Below are positions 46,676-59,900 of a stretch of DNA of 64,000 nt, in pieces. The stretch covers positions 1 through 64,000 of the forward strand of contig DF237177.1 in the NCBI GenBank assembly GCA_000708835.1, given 5' to 3'. Numbering within the stretch: the stretch's first letter is position 1; each line of letters opens with the position of its first letter. The translations under genes were made by a program, and so were the position numbers. The stretch comes from Klebsormidium nitens (Eukaryota; Plantae; Klebsormidiophyceae). Under the pieces are notes generated by a model. That model saw only the letters and a program-made list of their open reading frames with translations. It was not told the origin of the DNA and did no database searches.

Positions 46676-48900
46676 TCAGCTAGACCTTGGTGAATCACTC
46701 ATCGAAGACACCATCGACGTCGTTGGAAAGGGCCCCGTGGTGACGGTCGTGATATCGCTTGTAAAGTGGACGTAAGTTCCGAGGGCTGTCCATGTTAAGA
46801 TTACATGCAGAGTACAATATGAAGACCAACGAACGAGCGTGGCAGGACCTCGAGGAGATATCGAAGATAGACGGCGCATAAGCCTGGTTAAGGGTTGGGT
46901 CATCTTGACGAACTTCTCGGAACAAGTACGCATACCTTCATCTCCACATCCTTCTCGTACATAGTCAATATTGCACGTCCCATGGTTGCACGACTGCCGG
47001 TGAGACTGCCTCCTCCATGATTGCAAGTCGGGACCTGCAACTCGAGATTGAGAGCAATAGTCGTATTTTTTACTAGAAAAGCTCCACAGCGTCGGGGCAG
47101 AAGGGTTGAAATCTCTCTTAGGAAAGGGATTCCCTAAGAATTTTCTTCCGGTCACTCGTACTGTTATCCTTGTCAGAGCAGAACACGTCTTCCAACTAGG
47201 GTGAACCACGACAGCTACATGATCCTTATCAGGATATGCACTTTCGACGAGCACAAGGTCTTTGCCAACGACCCATTCCACCACGCGATTATTGTGGACC
47301 TTCTGTCTAGATAAACCAGCCGTTCCGAAAGGCCCCGCTCTCTTGGACAAGCATGGAATCTCTCCCTGGAAGGGCAACGTGGTGAGCGATAACCAGGGCA
47401 AAAGGAGAAAACAGAGCTTGAGAGGAGGCAATGAATCCATCGGCAGACTTGTATGACGTCTTTGAGCTCCAGCTTCCTCATGTGCCTTTTACCTCTCCAC
47501 CCCTTGACGGTTCCAAAGCCGGCCTCTCAACATCCATTTCTTCGTCTGGAGGTGAAGCGCCTTCTGGATCATCCGCACAGTCGCATGGAGTGCCGGGTGC
47601 GAAGCTGTCTAGGAGTTGTTTCTCGCAGTCTTCTTGACCACATTGCATTTGCTTCAGACTAGCCAGATCTGGTGACAGAAGCAAGACGTCTCTATCAATA
47701 TAAAGGAAGAGTTTCTTATAATGTGCACGAGCAGAGTTGTTTCCAAGCTCCGAAATCAAGCATCAGAAAGCTACACATAGTTTTAACCAACTCACCTATG
47801 CCTATCGAGAAGCTGACAGCCTCCATATGTTGTCAAAAACAGACTTTTCAACAGTTTAGACGTCTCAACGTCCGTGAGGCGCCTTACTTTTTGAAAATTG
47901 CTCCTGCAAGTCACACAGTGTTGTGTTCAAGCGGACAACCAGGCCGCGGTCTTCGTCAACCTTCCTACAACCGGCTTCCTGGTACGCGATCAAGCCAGGG
48001 GACCTGGCGGTGGCGACAAGATCAGCCAGCGCCCCATCTTGTTTGATGATAGGAGGCCTCTGGAAAAGTTCTGCAGTTCAGCAAGATGAACGACTCACAA
48101 CTTCGTCCGGATGCAAGGTGGTGCACAATGGATGCTCTGTTGGACCTGTCAAAAATAGGTCCATCAAGTTCAGGGGATTACATGAGGGGGCCGTTGTAAG
48201 ATCTGAGGTGCATTTGAAAACCCTCAAACAGCCAGCACTCTTCTCATAAAGGCTTCCAGCAATTGAGCATTGCAAACATACCGGTCGAATCAACTGCTCC
48301 AGACATCTTCCAGAAGCTCATGGTGCCCAGGTGCCCAACCAGAAACCTCAAAGTCTGGGTTTATAGACTAAGCACATGACTTAACCACTCACCAACATCT
48401 TGTTGAAACCTCTGCAGCAGTTGAAGGCCTCTCAAATGAAGCACATCCAAATCCTCCATGTTGTTGCAGTAAGTTTGCATAATGAGCTCACTCATGCGGA
48501 AGGTGGGGCAAGGCTTGTGAATGTGAAAAGGAGCTGCGCTTACGTTACAATCACTTCAGTCCCAGATTGCCCCTCCCCCCTCCCCTGGCATCACTTCCTG
48601 ATGGAGGAAGCCGGTGAACACTTCGATAAGAAGTGGTGGTCATGGCACTGCTTTTGTAAGTGCGATCATTTGAAAACTCTTTTGCTGCCCCCACACTCTG
48701 AATCTTCCAACGTACCAGAAGAAAACTTTCCAGGGACCACTTCTTATTGGAAGATGCACCGAGCTTCTCACATTTGTCCACCAAGTCAGAACCCCTTCTC
48801 TACTCAGAGAGCGCTGCAAAGTGCGCCCCTGCCTGAGGTCCAGGAACATTTTCAGCTTTGAGCTCATCAGACGATGCTGCATCAGGGCGCCCTGCTGGAT
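46676..48900 (-). CDS. Hypothetical spliced protein, structure only partly resolved
   Basis: A clean 183-nt open exon at 48070-47888 (CAG|...|GTAAG; ELFQRPPIIKQDGALADLVATARSPGLIAYQEAGCRKVDEDRGLVVRLN), plus protein-like ORFs 47478-47759 and 46676-47440. Lies head-to-head with SCYL2. Confidence 0.4.
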
Positions 48901-48913
48901 TGGCCCTCCTAAG

Positions 48914-48968
48914 CTAGGGCTAGGGTTTTGCTCAGAATTCTGCTTTAAGTTTCAGAAACCCTAAAACC
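48914..48968. promoter_or_regulatory. Paired telo-box-like motifs upstream of SCYL2
   Basis: TAGGGCTAGGGTTTTG (48915-48930) and AAACCCTAAAACC (48956-48968), about 210-260 nt upstream of the ATG. Confidence 0.5.
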
Positions 48969-49177
48969 GGCCCTTATACCGTAAACCCCTCTCGCGAAAT
49001 TGCACTTCGATCAACTCATTTCAACTGCACTGTGAAGTTCCAATGTCAAAATTACGGTAAGTGGTTCCTTTCAGCAAGCGTTCAGGGCGCTCCCACTAGT
49101 CCCAGGGGACTCCCTGCTGATTGCCTTCATCGCATTCTTCAGCCTGCAAGCCCGAGCTTTATGTAGTGACATCCAAG

Positions 49178-52100
49178 ATGAAGAGCTTCACAAGCGCTTT
49201 GGCCAAGGTGGCAGGTCGTATCGAGGACACGATTCAAGATGTCACTGGTCCGAAGGCCATGCAGAACTACGCGCTTGGGGAACAGGTCGGGAGTGGGGGC
49301 CCGGGACTCTTCTGGAAGCTCTACAAGGCGAAGCCGAGGAGCAAAGCAGCGCAGGCCACGAATGCAGAGGTGCGGTGGACTCAAAAGCTTTCATGGTTGG
49401 ATATTCGGTCGGTGATTGAATGCAGCTTGCATGCTTCTGATCTGAAGGCAGAAGGGTTTGGCATACATGTTTGATTGACTCTTGCAGTCTCACCAATTTG
49501 AAAGTCAGGAAGATTGGCGGTTGCTTTTCTGGGTCAGCTATCAGCTCTGGTGGGCAATGGAGAGATCACCGAGGGACCAGTTAGATACTGTCTAGTTTAG
49601 CCACAAACCCCATTTTTGCTCCGCTTGAAGATCTGAGAACTCATAGCAGTCCGTTCAGCTCGGATCTCCGGATTCCCTAGTGATGTGCTTACAGAAGGAG
49701 AACAGATTGGCAATTGCCAGCTTATGCCACCGCCCCAGGATGTTTCTGCCACATCCACAGGATCTGTCAAGATCCAACTGTATCGCATTCAAATCATTTG
49801 AAACTTCATGAGCTGATCTAGGTAGTCAGGTTCTCCCTTAGTATTCCGGACCTCACAACATACAAGAGCTCTCAGCAGCCTCTACAGTCCTCTGCAGCAT
49901 TATACACGACAGGGGATATTGTCCCTTCGTCTCATCTTCGTTTATCTTCTGCAACTCCCGCTCAATGATCTGGCCACTAACTTACTCCAACCCACTCAAG
50001 AATCATCCAGTGTGGCGTGGCTCCTCAGAAAGTCACTGGCAGTCTCCACAGCAAGTTACACCGCCTCTTTGACATCACCTTTAAACCCGCACTTTCATTC
50101 ACCTAGGTCTGCGTGTGGCTCCTCGACAAGCGGGAGCTCACCGAGCTAGGCGAACGGCGGGGCTCCCGCGGCACCGCCGACCGTCTGCTAGACGTCTACC
50201 GCAAAGATGCGCAGCAGCTGCTTCGGCTGCGGCATCCGGGGATTGTGCGCGTGATTGAGCCGCTGGACGAGACCAAGTTCGCAATGGCCATGGTTACGGA
50301 GCCGGTCTTCTGCTCCCTGGCGAACGTGCTCAAGCAGTTTGACAACATCAAGGACGTCTCGGAGGAGCTGCAGGCCTTAGTGAGTTTGTTTTTGCGGGAT
50401 TGCAGGACTTGATTGTTGGGGGAATGTGACAATCAAGGGTAAAGGGTTTTCGGGGTTGCAGCATACAATTGGATATGAGAACGTGACAGGGTGCACGGCA
50501 GTGAGGAAAGTGTGGGAGTGCGGTCAACCAAAGATCCGGGACTCGCATAAGTTTCGGCGGAAGGGCATGGGGAATTATATCTCAAAAACAGTCTGTGTGT
50601 GTTGACTTGTCATTTGGCGCTCAACTCCTCTGCGTTGTTTGAGGATCTCTGCTGTGATGTGACGGTCACGTTTGGGTCTGAGAGTGACCTATAGCCCACA
50701 GATTCAAGGTCGAACCTCTGAAATTGGAAGCCATGATTCTCCTGAACTGTTCCCGAAACCTGCCCTCACCCTCCTCAATAAGGCTCCAACCCAAAGTTTC
50801 TCTTGCCTAGGTCCTGTCTACTTGTCCTTCATTCGTACCCCCTTATCCAAACTGTCTTCTTGCAGGAGACCTCTCATTCTAAACAACACGGCTGGTTCAA
50901 ACCCACCTGTATCCTATCTTTTGGATTTCGTACCTGTCATTAACCGCTCTCAATCCGTTCTGAATCCGTGCAAGCTTACCGTGCCTGCAGGAGATGTCTG
51001 AGGCTCTGGAAGAAGCACGGCCCGCTGCAGCCATCCATCTCATAACCCCCCCATTAACCCGCTTCTTCCAGCCTGTAACGCTCATTCACCTCTTGACCCG
51101 TTTGTAACCCACCCAAGCTTGTCCTGCCTGCAGGAGATGTCTGAGCTCGAGAAGAAGCACGGCCTGCTCCAACTCTGCGAGACCCTCTCCTTCATCCACG
51201 ATAACGCGCGCGTGCTGCACCGAGCAATCAACCCGTCTTCTGTGTTCATCACCTCAGGAGGCGCCTGGAAGTTTGCGTGCTTCGGGTTCGCGCTGTTCCT
51301 CGACAAGCTGATTGAGGGCCACGAGGCAGCCTTCGTCTACCCAGTAAGTTTTCTGATCCCGCTTTAGCGGGTGGCAAGAGTCAGATTCCGTCACCAAGCG
51401 AGAGAAGGTGGAAATTGAAAAGTTTGACAAGCTTACATGGTGATGAAGGAACAGTGCCTCTGAAAAGTTAGTCCACAACTAGTTCGGGGCGCTGTGCGTC
51501 TTGGAATTTGCCAGCTTCGGCGGGTACAGAGCTTTGTCGGTTGTGACCCGTCGAGCACGAAGGCTGATGATTCCGCAATTTGCTTTGGTTCCTCACGAGA
51601 TTGCTCGGAGCTGTGTTTCACTTGTGAAATCATGGGGAGTCCTTCCATCACGAAGTGGAGTTTGTTTGCAGGTTTGTTTTTCGACTGCTGAACACAACTG
51701 CCACCCACACGTTGGAATTATTTTCAACCGCACACCATCAGTCTCATGCTATCTTCCAGTCCTTGTTATCCCTTCGCTCATGCGGAGGATCCTCACAGAC
51801 AGCCTGTGCAACCGGTCATTGACGTAGAAGCACCAAGACGCGCGCACACCTTTTTCAGAACACATTGAGTACCCTTCCGGTCCAGGTTGGCTGTTCCGCT
51901 GACGAGATTCCGGTCCCGATCCGCAGGAGCACGATAACGCGGACCAATCCCTAAGCGCGTACCCCCCCCTGGACTACACCGCTCCCGAGCTGACGCGTTC
52001 CGGCACCGGGAATCCGACATACGCAGCGGACATGTTTTCGATGGGGTCCCTGACGTACCACACGCTGACCGGGAATTCCTTGCTGTCAAGTAGCGGGAAT

Positions 52101-55100
52101 TTGAGAACGGTGAGGGAACGAGGCCTCTCGAAGTCTTGAGGGCATGGTTGGAAGGACCGGTTCTAGTAGAGCGAAAGGTTAAACTGCCTGCGCTTAGCTT
52201 AACAGCGATTGTGCATCCAGTGGCGGTGATCTTGGCGGGTCGGTGGCGTTGCTAGTCGGCAAATATCTGATAGGAAAATTGGTCAACCTCAGTCCAACTA
52301 GCCAATTTTCGATCTTTTGGCAAACACTGGAAATTCGTTTGGAAAGCACAGAGTACGGAACGCCCTTGAATGCATACATTACTGGTAAACGATCAGCGAA
52401 GTACAAGCGCAGGGTTTCGGTATCAATCCCTTGCACCGCTTTCAAGCTTCAGGTTTGTCCCGCAGCTTCCGAAGGTTTGAAAACACAATCGAGAGTTGCT
52501 CTGACTCAAGTACGGACCTATCTTCATGTCTCACCTCTTACCAGATATTTATGATGCCATTTCGCCTCTTTCAATTCCAACCACAATCCCGTCAAACCTG
52601 TGACCTGGAAATCAGAACCCGAAATGTGCAACCTGCACCCGGAACACTGAAACCTTAAATCCCACTCGAGTACATCAACACTGTCCCCTACCTTGCGTCC
52701 CTAGGATCCATACTCCGACCACAACACAAAGAAGGACCCAGAGATACATGAAAACGAGAACAATCATTAGATTCAATCAATAAGTGTCTCCTTTTCTCCT
52801 TTGCAGTACACCAACACCGTGACGTACCTCGCCTCCCGCGGCTTCCCCGGCGCGTCCCCCGACCTCTCTCCCGAGCTGCAGCGCCTCACCCACCCCGACC
52901 GGACGCACCGCCCCGACGCCGCTTCTTTTTCCACCTCCCCCTGGTTTCGGGACGACATCCGGTTGCGTGCGCTGCGCTTTCTGGACCATATGCTCGAGCG
53001 AGACAACATGGCCAAAAGTTCGTTTCTGAAATCTTTGGGGGGGATGTGGCCCAGCTTCGACAGCCGGGTGCTGCGGTTCAAAGTGTTACCCCCCCTTGCG
53101 GCGGAGCTGCGCAACGAGGCGCTGCAGGGGCAGATCCTGCCGATGATCATGGCCGTCGCGGAACAGCAGGTGAGGCACCGTGCGGGTGCGACCGGTTCTC
53201 CTTGAGGAGGGGTCTTCAATCAGGACTGTTCGAGCTGATGGCGCGAAGAAGGACAGTCAAGCATAAAGTATTGTTGGTCCGATGTCCAGGTCGCTCAAAG
53301 GAATTAGTCCCATAAAAAGTCTGTGAACCGAAGCCTAGCGCCTTACCGCAGGCTCTCCTAAAAAGGCACGTGATCTTGGAAGTTCCTCTAAGAGACTGAA
53401 CTGTCCAACCACTCTTAGGGCTCCTCTAAAGGATCCGATGTTTTCTTGTGACGTCAGGTTGTGAACAGAGAGGCCATTTTTCCCCTGCAACGTCAGCTGT
53501 TTAAGTAGAGAGGCTATAATTAATTTCCAGGACGCCCTCCAGTTCGAGCCGTCGACCCCTCCCAAACCCTGCTACCCCTCATGCTGACGGGGCAGTCGCA
53601 CATCCAGCCATCTGAATAGAGCCATTCCTTTTTGCCTGTCGCCTCCACGTTGTTGTCTCAAGATAGTCACATGGCTGAGGTCCTAACTAGAGCGGGCGTC
53701 TTTTCGTCGGACACCGGCGACTTTGAGCTTGCGACGCTTTCTCACCTGCTGCCCCTCATGCTGACGGGGCCGTCGGACATCCAGCCATCCATTCAAAACC
53801 TCTTCTGTCTTTTCCGTCTGTCTCAACAATCTCGTCTCAAAATGCTCGCATGGCTGAGGTCTTACCTAGAGCGGCCATCTTTTCTGCAATATGCCCGCGA
53901 GTTCGAACTGGCAACCCTGCCCCACCGGCTGCCCCTCTTTGAAATTGACCTTCTGCTGACGTCAGATGTAACTAGAGAGGTTGCTTTTTCTCCGCAGGAC
54001 GCTCGCGAGTTCGAGCTGGCGACGCTCCCCCACCTGCTGCCCCTCATGCTGACGGGGCAGTCGGACATCCTGCTCCTACTCGTCAAGCACACGTCGCTGC
54101 TGTCCGCGAAAGTACCGGACGCGTTTCGGACCAGCCACGTCATCCCGATGCTCGTCCGCGGGTTCGACGACACGGACACCCGGATCCAGGAGGAGGTGCT
54201 GAAGAAGACGGGCAGCTTCGCGCAGAGTATGGAGTATCAGGTGCGGCGATGAGAAGTGTTTTGGCGGTCTGGATTGAACAAATGTCTCACAAGGCCTCGG
54301 ACATGCGGTTCTGTTGAAAGTGTCGCGGAAATCTGCTGTTAGGGGCCGCTGGAATGGTCCATATTTTTGAGTGTCTTTTGCGAAAGCTACGTTCGGTTGG
54401 GGAAATGTGCGTCAGGGTTATCCTTTAAGCTTAGCGGGTGCACGCTTTACGAGACCGGAATCCGTTGATTGGTCTTCCAAGGTTCCACTGAGTGTCAGGA
54501 ATTTTACGCTCTGTTGAAATGATGTGCGAGTCCGTCAATTCGATGCCCACTCTAGGGGTACATCCTGCTGGGGCTTGATAAAGTCTTGGAATATCCGATG
54601 CGACGGCATGTTTCTCTGCATTTGGTGGCTGCGGGGGTCTTGCACTCAATAATCTCGTAGGGGCAGATGCTTGTTGCTCAAAAGCTGTCCCATTGATTCC
54701 GCTCTTTCTCTCTTTCAGTTGCTGAAGCAGGCCGTGCTGCCACGTGTCCACGGGCTGGCCCTCAAAACTGCCAATGCCGCCGTGCGCGTCCACGCGCTCA
54801 TCGCGCTCGGCGAACTCATCTCCCGCCTCGACAAGCAAGAAATCGCAAACGTGCTCACGACGTTACAAAAAGTGGTCGCCGTCGATCACACTGCGCCGAC
54901 GCTGATGTGCGTGCTGGGCGTGAGCGACCTGATGGCGAAAGCGAACGGCGTCGAATACGCGACGGAGCATTTGCTGCCGATGCTGCTCCCGCTGACGATG
55001 GCGACGCAGCTCAGTACGCAGCAGTTCGCGAAGTTCATGCGCGTGATCTATGACACGCTGCGGCGCATCGAGGAGAAGCGGGGGGTGATTTTGTCGGAGG

Positions 55101-56008
55101 TCGAGAAAACGGTGGACCTGAAGCAGGTTGACATCAGCGCAAACGGGCTGAAAAAGAGTGGTGGAAGCGGCGCGGCGAAACCGGCTGCAGGGGCGACCAA
55201 GCAGCAAACGGCGTGGGATGAGGACGATTGGGCCGCAATCAACAAAGGGGGGGGTGGCGGCAAGGCCGGGGGCGAGAAAGTCGACTGGGCGGGTACTGTT
55301 GGCGGGGCGCTCCCTGCCCCCCAGAAAGCAACCCCCCCGGAGCTCCCTCCGAAGGCACCGGCCGTGGCAAGTCAGCCGCCTGTGTCCGGGTTTGAGTGGC
55401 CGCCGCCGACCGGGGGGGTGTCTGGTGGGGCTATGGGTGGGGGGGGGAGTCAAGGGGCGTCGGCAAGTTGGGACGCGTTCGGCGCGAGCGCCGGGGGGCA
55501 GAACGTTGGAAGCGCACGGAGAGTGAGCAGTACGGGCAATCTGTCGGCTCCGCCGACTGGCAACGGGGACGCGGACCCGTTTGCAGACTGGCCGCCCCGG
55601 TCAAGTACCAGCGGTTCCGCTAATCCTCCGGCAGTGAGTAGCTGGGGAACGGGCTCGTCAAGCAGCGGTGGGTATGGTCTGGGCGGCGGCCCCGCTCTTT
55701 CAAGCAGCAAAGCTCAGGCGCCGTTAGGGAGAATCGGATCGAGCTCCGCCCCGCTTTCCGACGCGGACTGGACGATACCAACGATGGGCGCGAGCACTCC
55801 CAGCGTGACTAATCCCGCTTACCAAGCCAAGCCAAAGAACGACCTGTCGTCCATCTTTGCCCCTACGACCGACTATCAACCAACACCGCGGCAGCAAGCA
55901 GCTGCGAGCCGGATGCCCACAATAGCGCCACCTGGTCAAGGCTCGAAAATGGGGGCCTCCGGTCAAGGACAGACTCAAAGTTCGCAGTCATTGATGGACC
56001 TCTTCTGA
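49178..56008 (+). CDS. SCYL2: SCY1-like pseudokinase 2 (SCYL2/CVAK104 type): pseudokinase, HEAT repeats and low-complexity tail, 7 exons, about 917 aa
   Basis: Exons 49178-49369, 50107-50379, 51134-51343, 51927-52109, 52807-53169, 53998-54240, 54719-56008. Motifs [43 protein letters not shown]. The tail has DPF, WDAF and terminal SLMDLF, which resemble adaptor/clathrin-binding motifs. Confidence 0.94.
50982..51031 (+). repeat. Intronic copy of the SCYL2 exon 3 acceptor and exon start
   Basis: TGCCTGCAG GAGATGTCTGAGGCTCTGGAAGAAGCACGGCCCGCTGCAG versus real TGCCTGCAG|GAGATGTCTGAGCTCGAGAAGAAGCACGGCCTGCTCCAA at 51125-51172. Confidence 0.85.
53521..53940 (+). repeat. Three tandem intronic copies (about 180-nt period) of the SCYL2 exon 6 5' end
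   Basis: Copies start at about 53531, 53710 and 53890; the real exon starts at 53998. Shared core GAGTTCGAGCTGGCGACGCTCCCCCACCTGCTGCCCCTCATGCTGACGGGGCAGTCGGACATCC. Confidence 0.9.
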
Positions 56009-56901
56009 TACCCGAGTATGCTTAAGTGTCCCTCAATCCGGTAATAATACACCTGCCAACGAGATTGCCGCTTGCAATCGCTTTTGCTGTCCTGGCGCTT
56101 TGAATCGTGAAATTTCTTTGGCAATGTCGAACTCAGAAGTGTGCATGCTTACTAAGGTAAAGTCGGGATCCACAGCTTAAAGCTTCCAGTGTCATGCAAC
56201 GGTTCAATGAATTTCAACAAGCTGGCACATGCCATTGACACCACTTTAATGCGCATGGCGTACGATAGCTAACTGCATGCCCATATATGTACTTTAAACG
56301 CAACTCATCTCATGCAAACCACCGTCATGTAGCACCCAGTCGAACCTTACAGCCTTCAGTCCATCATGCCAGGCATATATAGAATTAAGTAAAGATTTGG
56401 GGACTTGCCCAACTAAGCATTTTATAAAAATATACTAGGTTGCACATTATGACTCAATGCACGCAGAAAAAGTTCTGGCGAAAATCAATGATGGATGTGA
56501 CTGCCTGTCATAGGCTCATGCGTGTGCTGTAAGGATCAATGACAGTCACCCACTGACGGGGTCACTGTAACATCCCAATCGCTTATCCACTAAGAGCAGG
56601 CTGCAGCTGTCTGATATAGTCTTTGAGTGCTGCACCAACCTGTCCTATGGTGCTCAGGATACAGCCGCTGATCGCACGACAAAAGAGCAAAACTACTGAA
56701 CAGAATTAAGCATATGATAATGGAAGTGCATTTGTCACAAAACAGAGCTGTTGGTTGGTGACCAGCCAAGAGCCCTTTTTGACAGCAGACTACCCTAAGA
56801 TTGCCAACAGCCATCTACTCAAAAGTGCTGCAGATCCTTGCGTTTTTTCTGCAGTGCTCAGCAGCTTGCATATTCACACTGGACGCTGAGGAGATCCTCG
56901 C

Positions 56902-59900
56902 CTAGATAGCAGGCTTGGCTGCCAGCTTCAGCGTGACCTCAGCAATGTGCTTGCCTTGGAACTCGGCTAGGCCCAGCTCGGTCTTGGTTGGCTGACGGCT
57001 CCTGCAAGAGCGAACCGTTCTCATTTGGAAGTTGATGTGAAGCGCCAATATGCTGAGTACCTAAGGCAATCTGCCCTCCAGTTGAGTTAAATCGCGTTGA
57101 TGCAGTAGCAGAGACTTTTTGGCCAACCATATGGGTGAAGTGCAAGCAACTGCCATGCGTAATCTTCGGGTTGTAGTTGCTCCGTTACTCCCATGGAGAC
57201 AGAGATAAGGTTTCTTCCTGCCGTCTCGTCCTGGCTCTTCAACATCCGCCTGATTTAGCAATATTTCTACATGTCCCGAGACCCTGAGCCCTAATCACGA
57301 AATTGTCACACCCCTCACTGTCCAGAGTCGGGCAGTCACCTAGCTTCCATTTTGCACCGGCTGGGATGCTTTTGGTTCTCGCCTCACTTCCCTGCCTACG
57401 TCCCTTGGCTTGCAGTAGATGTTCATTGTGGCCTCGACACAGGGTCAGTTTTCAACTCTCTGTTCCACTTGAATGTTGGAATCAACCAGAAGTCAAACAA
57501 CCTCGAAGAGACTCTAACTTTATAGGCCTGTAGAGTCCACTCCTATTCACTTTCGTCCCAAAATACCAGAGATTTTCGCTTTCAACTCACCCGTCCCCAG
57601 CGAAGGTGCCCGCACCGTAGGGCGACCCCCCCCGCACCTCGTTCACGTCAAACAGCGACGGGCCGTACTTGTACCCCACCGGGACGAAGATCATGCCGTG
57701 GTGCGCCAACTGCGTGATTGCGGTCAATGCGGTGGTCTCCTGACCGCCGCCCTGGGTCCCGGTCGCCACAAAGATCCCGGCAGGCTTGCCCGCGAGAGCT
57801 TGGGTCTGCCAGAGGCTGCCGGTGGCGTCGAGGAAGGCCTTGAACTGGGCGGCCATCATACCGTACCGGGTGGGGAAGCCGAAAATCAGACCTGGCGGCA
57901 AATGAGCAGAAGCTTTCGTTAGTCACTGTGGAGTCAATTTTAGATATTTGAGGTCCTTGCTGTTAGTAGATGCTGGCGGGATCTTGAAGGGGGGGAAATA
58001 GGCGGGAGTACTCTCACAAAATGCGCGGAGGAGTCTGCAGGGGAGAGAAAGCGCGGGAGTGCTTGGAAAGCTGATCAGAACCTCCAGCTATATCGCTTGG
58101 TTGGTGGAAAGATTGATCAAGAGAGGGCTGGGAGGCCAGAGGTAGAAGTTGCAGGCTGAGAGGGGGCAGATTCCTGTGTAGAAGAGGAACTGAGCTGAGT
58201 GAGGAGAATGTCGGAGAGCGGACTGCTAAATGCGCGCTTCCCCAATGATACTCAGACTTTCCAATACTACTCATCTCAATAGCCTAACATCTTTGAAGTT
58301 AAAAGGGGGTGATTGGGGGTATAACCCGATTAGTTAGGCAGTTTTTAAACGCTCCGGTTAATGAGGCTCTATCGAGAACCCCAAACGGTTGAAACTGCCC
58401 ACCTTCCTCCCTGCTGGGAAAGGGAAACAAGAAAGAAGGAATATTTTCAGAGAGCTGGTAGTATTAAGTCAGTGGTAAAATGCCAGAAGCTTGTTGAGGT
58501 CTTGAAGTCTACGCTAGCAGCCTTGCTCAATGTACATTCAAGTAGATGACAGCATGACCAAGGACTCCCACTGGCACATAAAATGTGCAGGGAACCTCTT
58601 TTTTCACAGCTTTTTCTCGAAGTTCTAAGTAGAGCCAGCTCTTTCTTTGCCAGTGGTATGTAGCCACTTACTGCACCACTGCCGTTCCATCAAGTTTCAG
58701 GTATTGCCAGACACTCTTGAGGCTGACAGTCACCCAGCTTGACTAGATGGCTTTTTCACCAAGTTCAAGAGGCCAGAGAAATACAGACAGAAGATCTTAC
58801 AAGGATTGTGGCAGATCAGCGTATCTCATTCCAATTCACAAACAACTGGCTTTCCCAACCTCCTACTTCAAAAATAACAAGGAAGCATAGATGATTCAGG
58901 GGGATGCCGAGACAGGAAAGCTCACCGTCAGCTTCAGTTAGCTTCTTAGGGTCAATGATAGGAATATCGGGCTTAGGAGGCGCGTGCATCTTCTCCAGAA
59001 CCTCCTCAGGAAGGGTCTCTGCAAATGGAGAATGAGCAGCAAACTGGGAATTAGGTGGATGGATTCACTGCCTCAAGATCTGGCCATTCCTTCGGCATAA
59101 TCTTGAAGCTTATTCACAGCCAGGAATTAATTTCCATCAAACTGCAAAAACTGCATCGCTTTGCTCGCTTTGGGAAGGTATACATGACTACTCTCAGATC
59201 CTCTTACATTGCTGTGGATCACCTCTCACAATGGATGAAGGTGGCATTGGACGGCAGTTACAGGTTAGTAAGATTCAGGCATGGTTTGAGTGCTCACCGG
59301 GGACCTGGAAGAGGTGACCCTCTACGCCCTGCAAAAAGATTTATTTTCATTTCTCAGATCAAAGAAGGTCTGTAAGAACGAGGGCCTAGACTGCTGAACA
59401 AACTTTTCAAAGTCATGTCTTGCGTTTGAACAAACTTGCGCCATCAATGCCAGCCTAAACAATTCTTGTCCACCACCTATTATGGTGGCCTTTTGCAGTA
59501 AAACGAAACTCTGATGACCCTTCTCATACATTGCTGGCCCACTCATAAGAAGCTCTAGACAAGCAGCTGCAATATCTGGAGGAGACTTACATCTACCGAG
59601 TCAACTCCCATCTTGATCGCCTCAGCCAACTTGGCAATGTGGCCGTACGTGGAGTAATATACTGCACCCGCAACAAAGGACATTAAAAGGTGCGCCTCAG
59701 AATGTGGGCCCCAACTTTGCCTGCATTTCGCTAAGGCATGTCACTGACATGTCAATCTGGATTGTTGACACGGAGATGTGCATTGTCAAACATAGTCCTT
59801 CCAGGAACAGAAACAAAAGGTTTGCGATTCACTCTGCCTAGGAAAGAGGTGGGATCTGGATAAAGATTCACGCGTCCATATTATCCTGGCCTTTGCACTT

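Noticed and set aside
54863-55978. Long antisense ORFs over SCYL2 exon 7, and similar antisense or off-frame ORFs over other GC-rich exons
   Set aside because: Shadow ORFs caused by GC-rich codon usage of the real genes.
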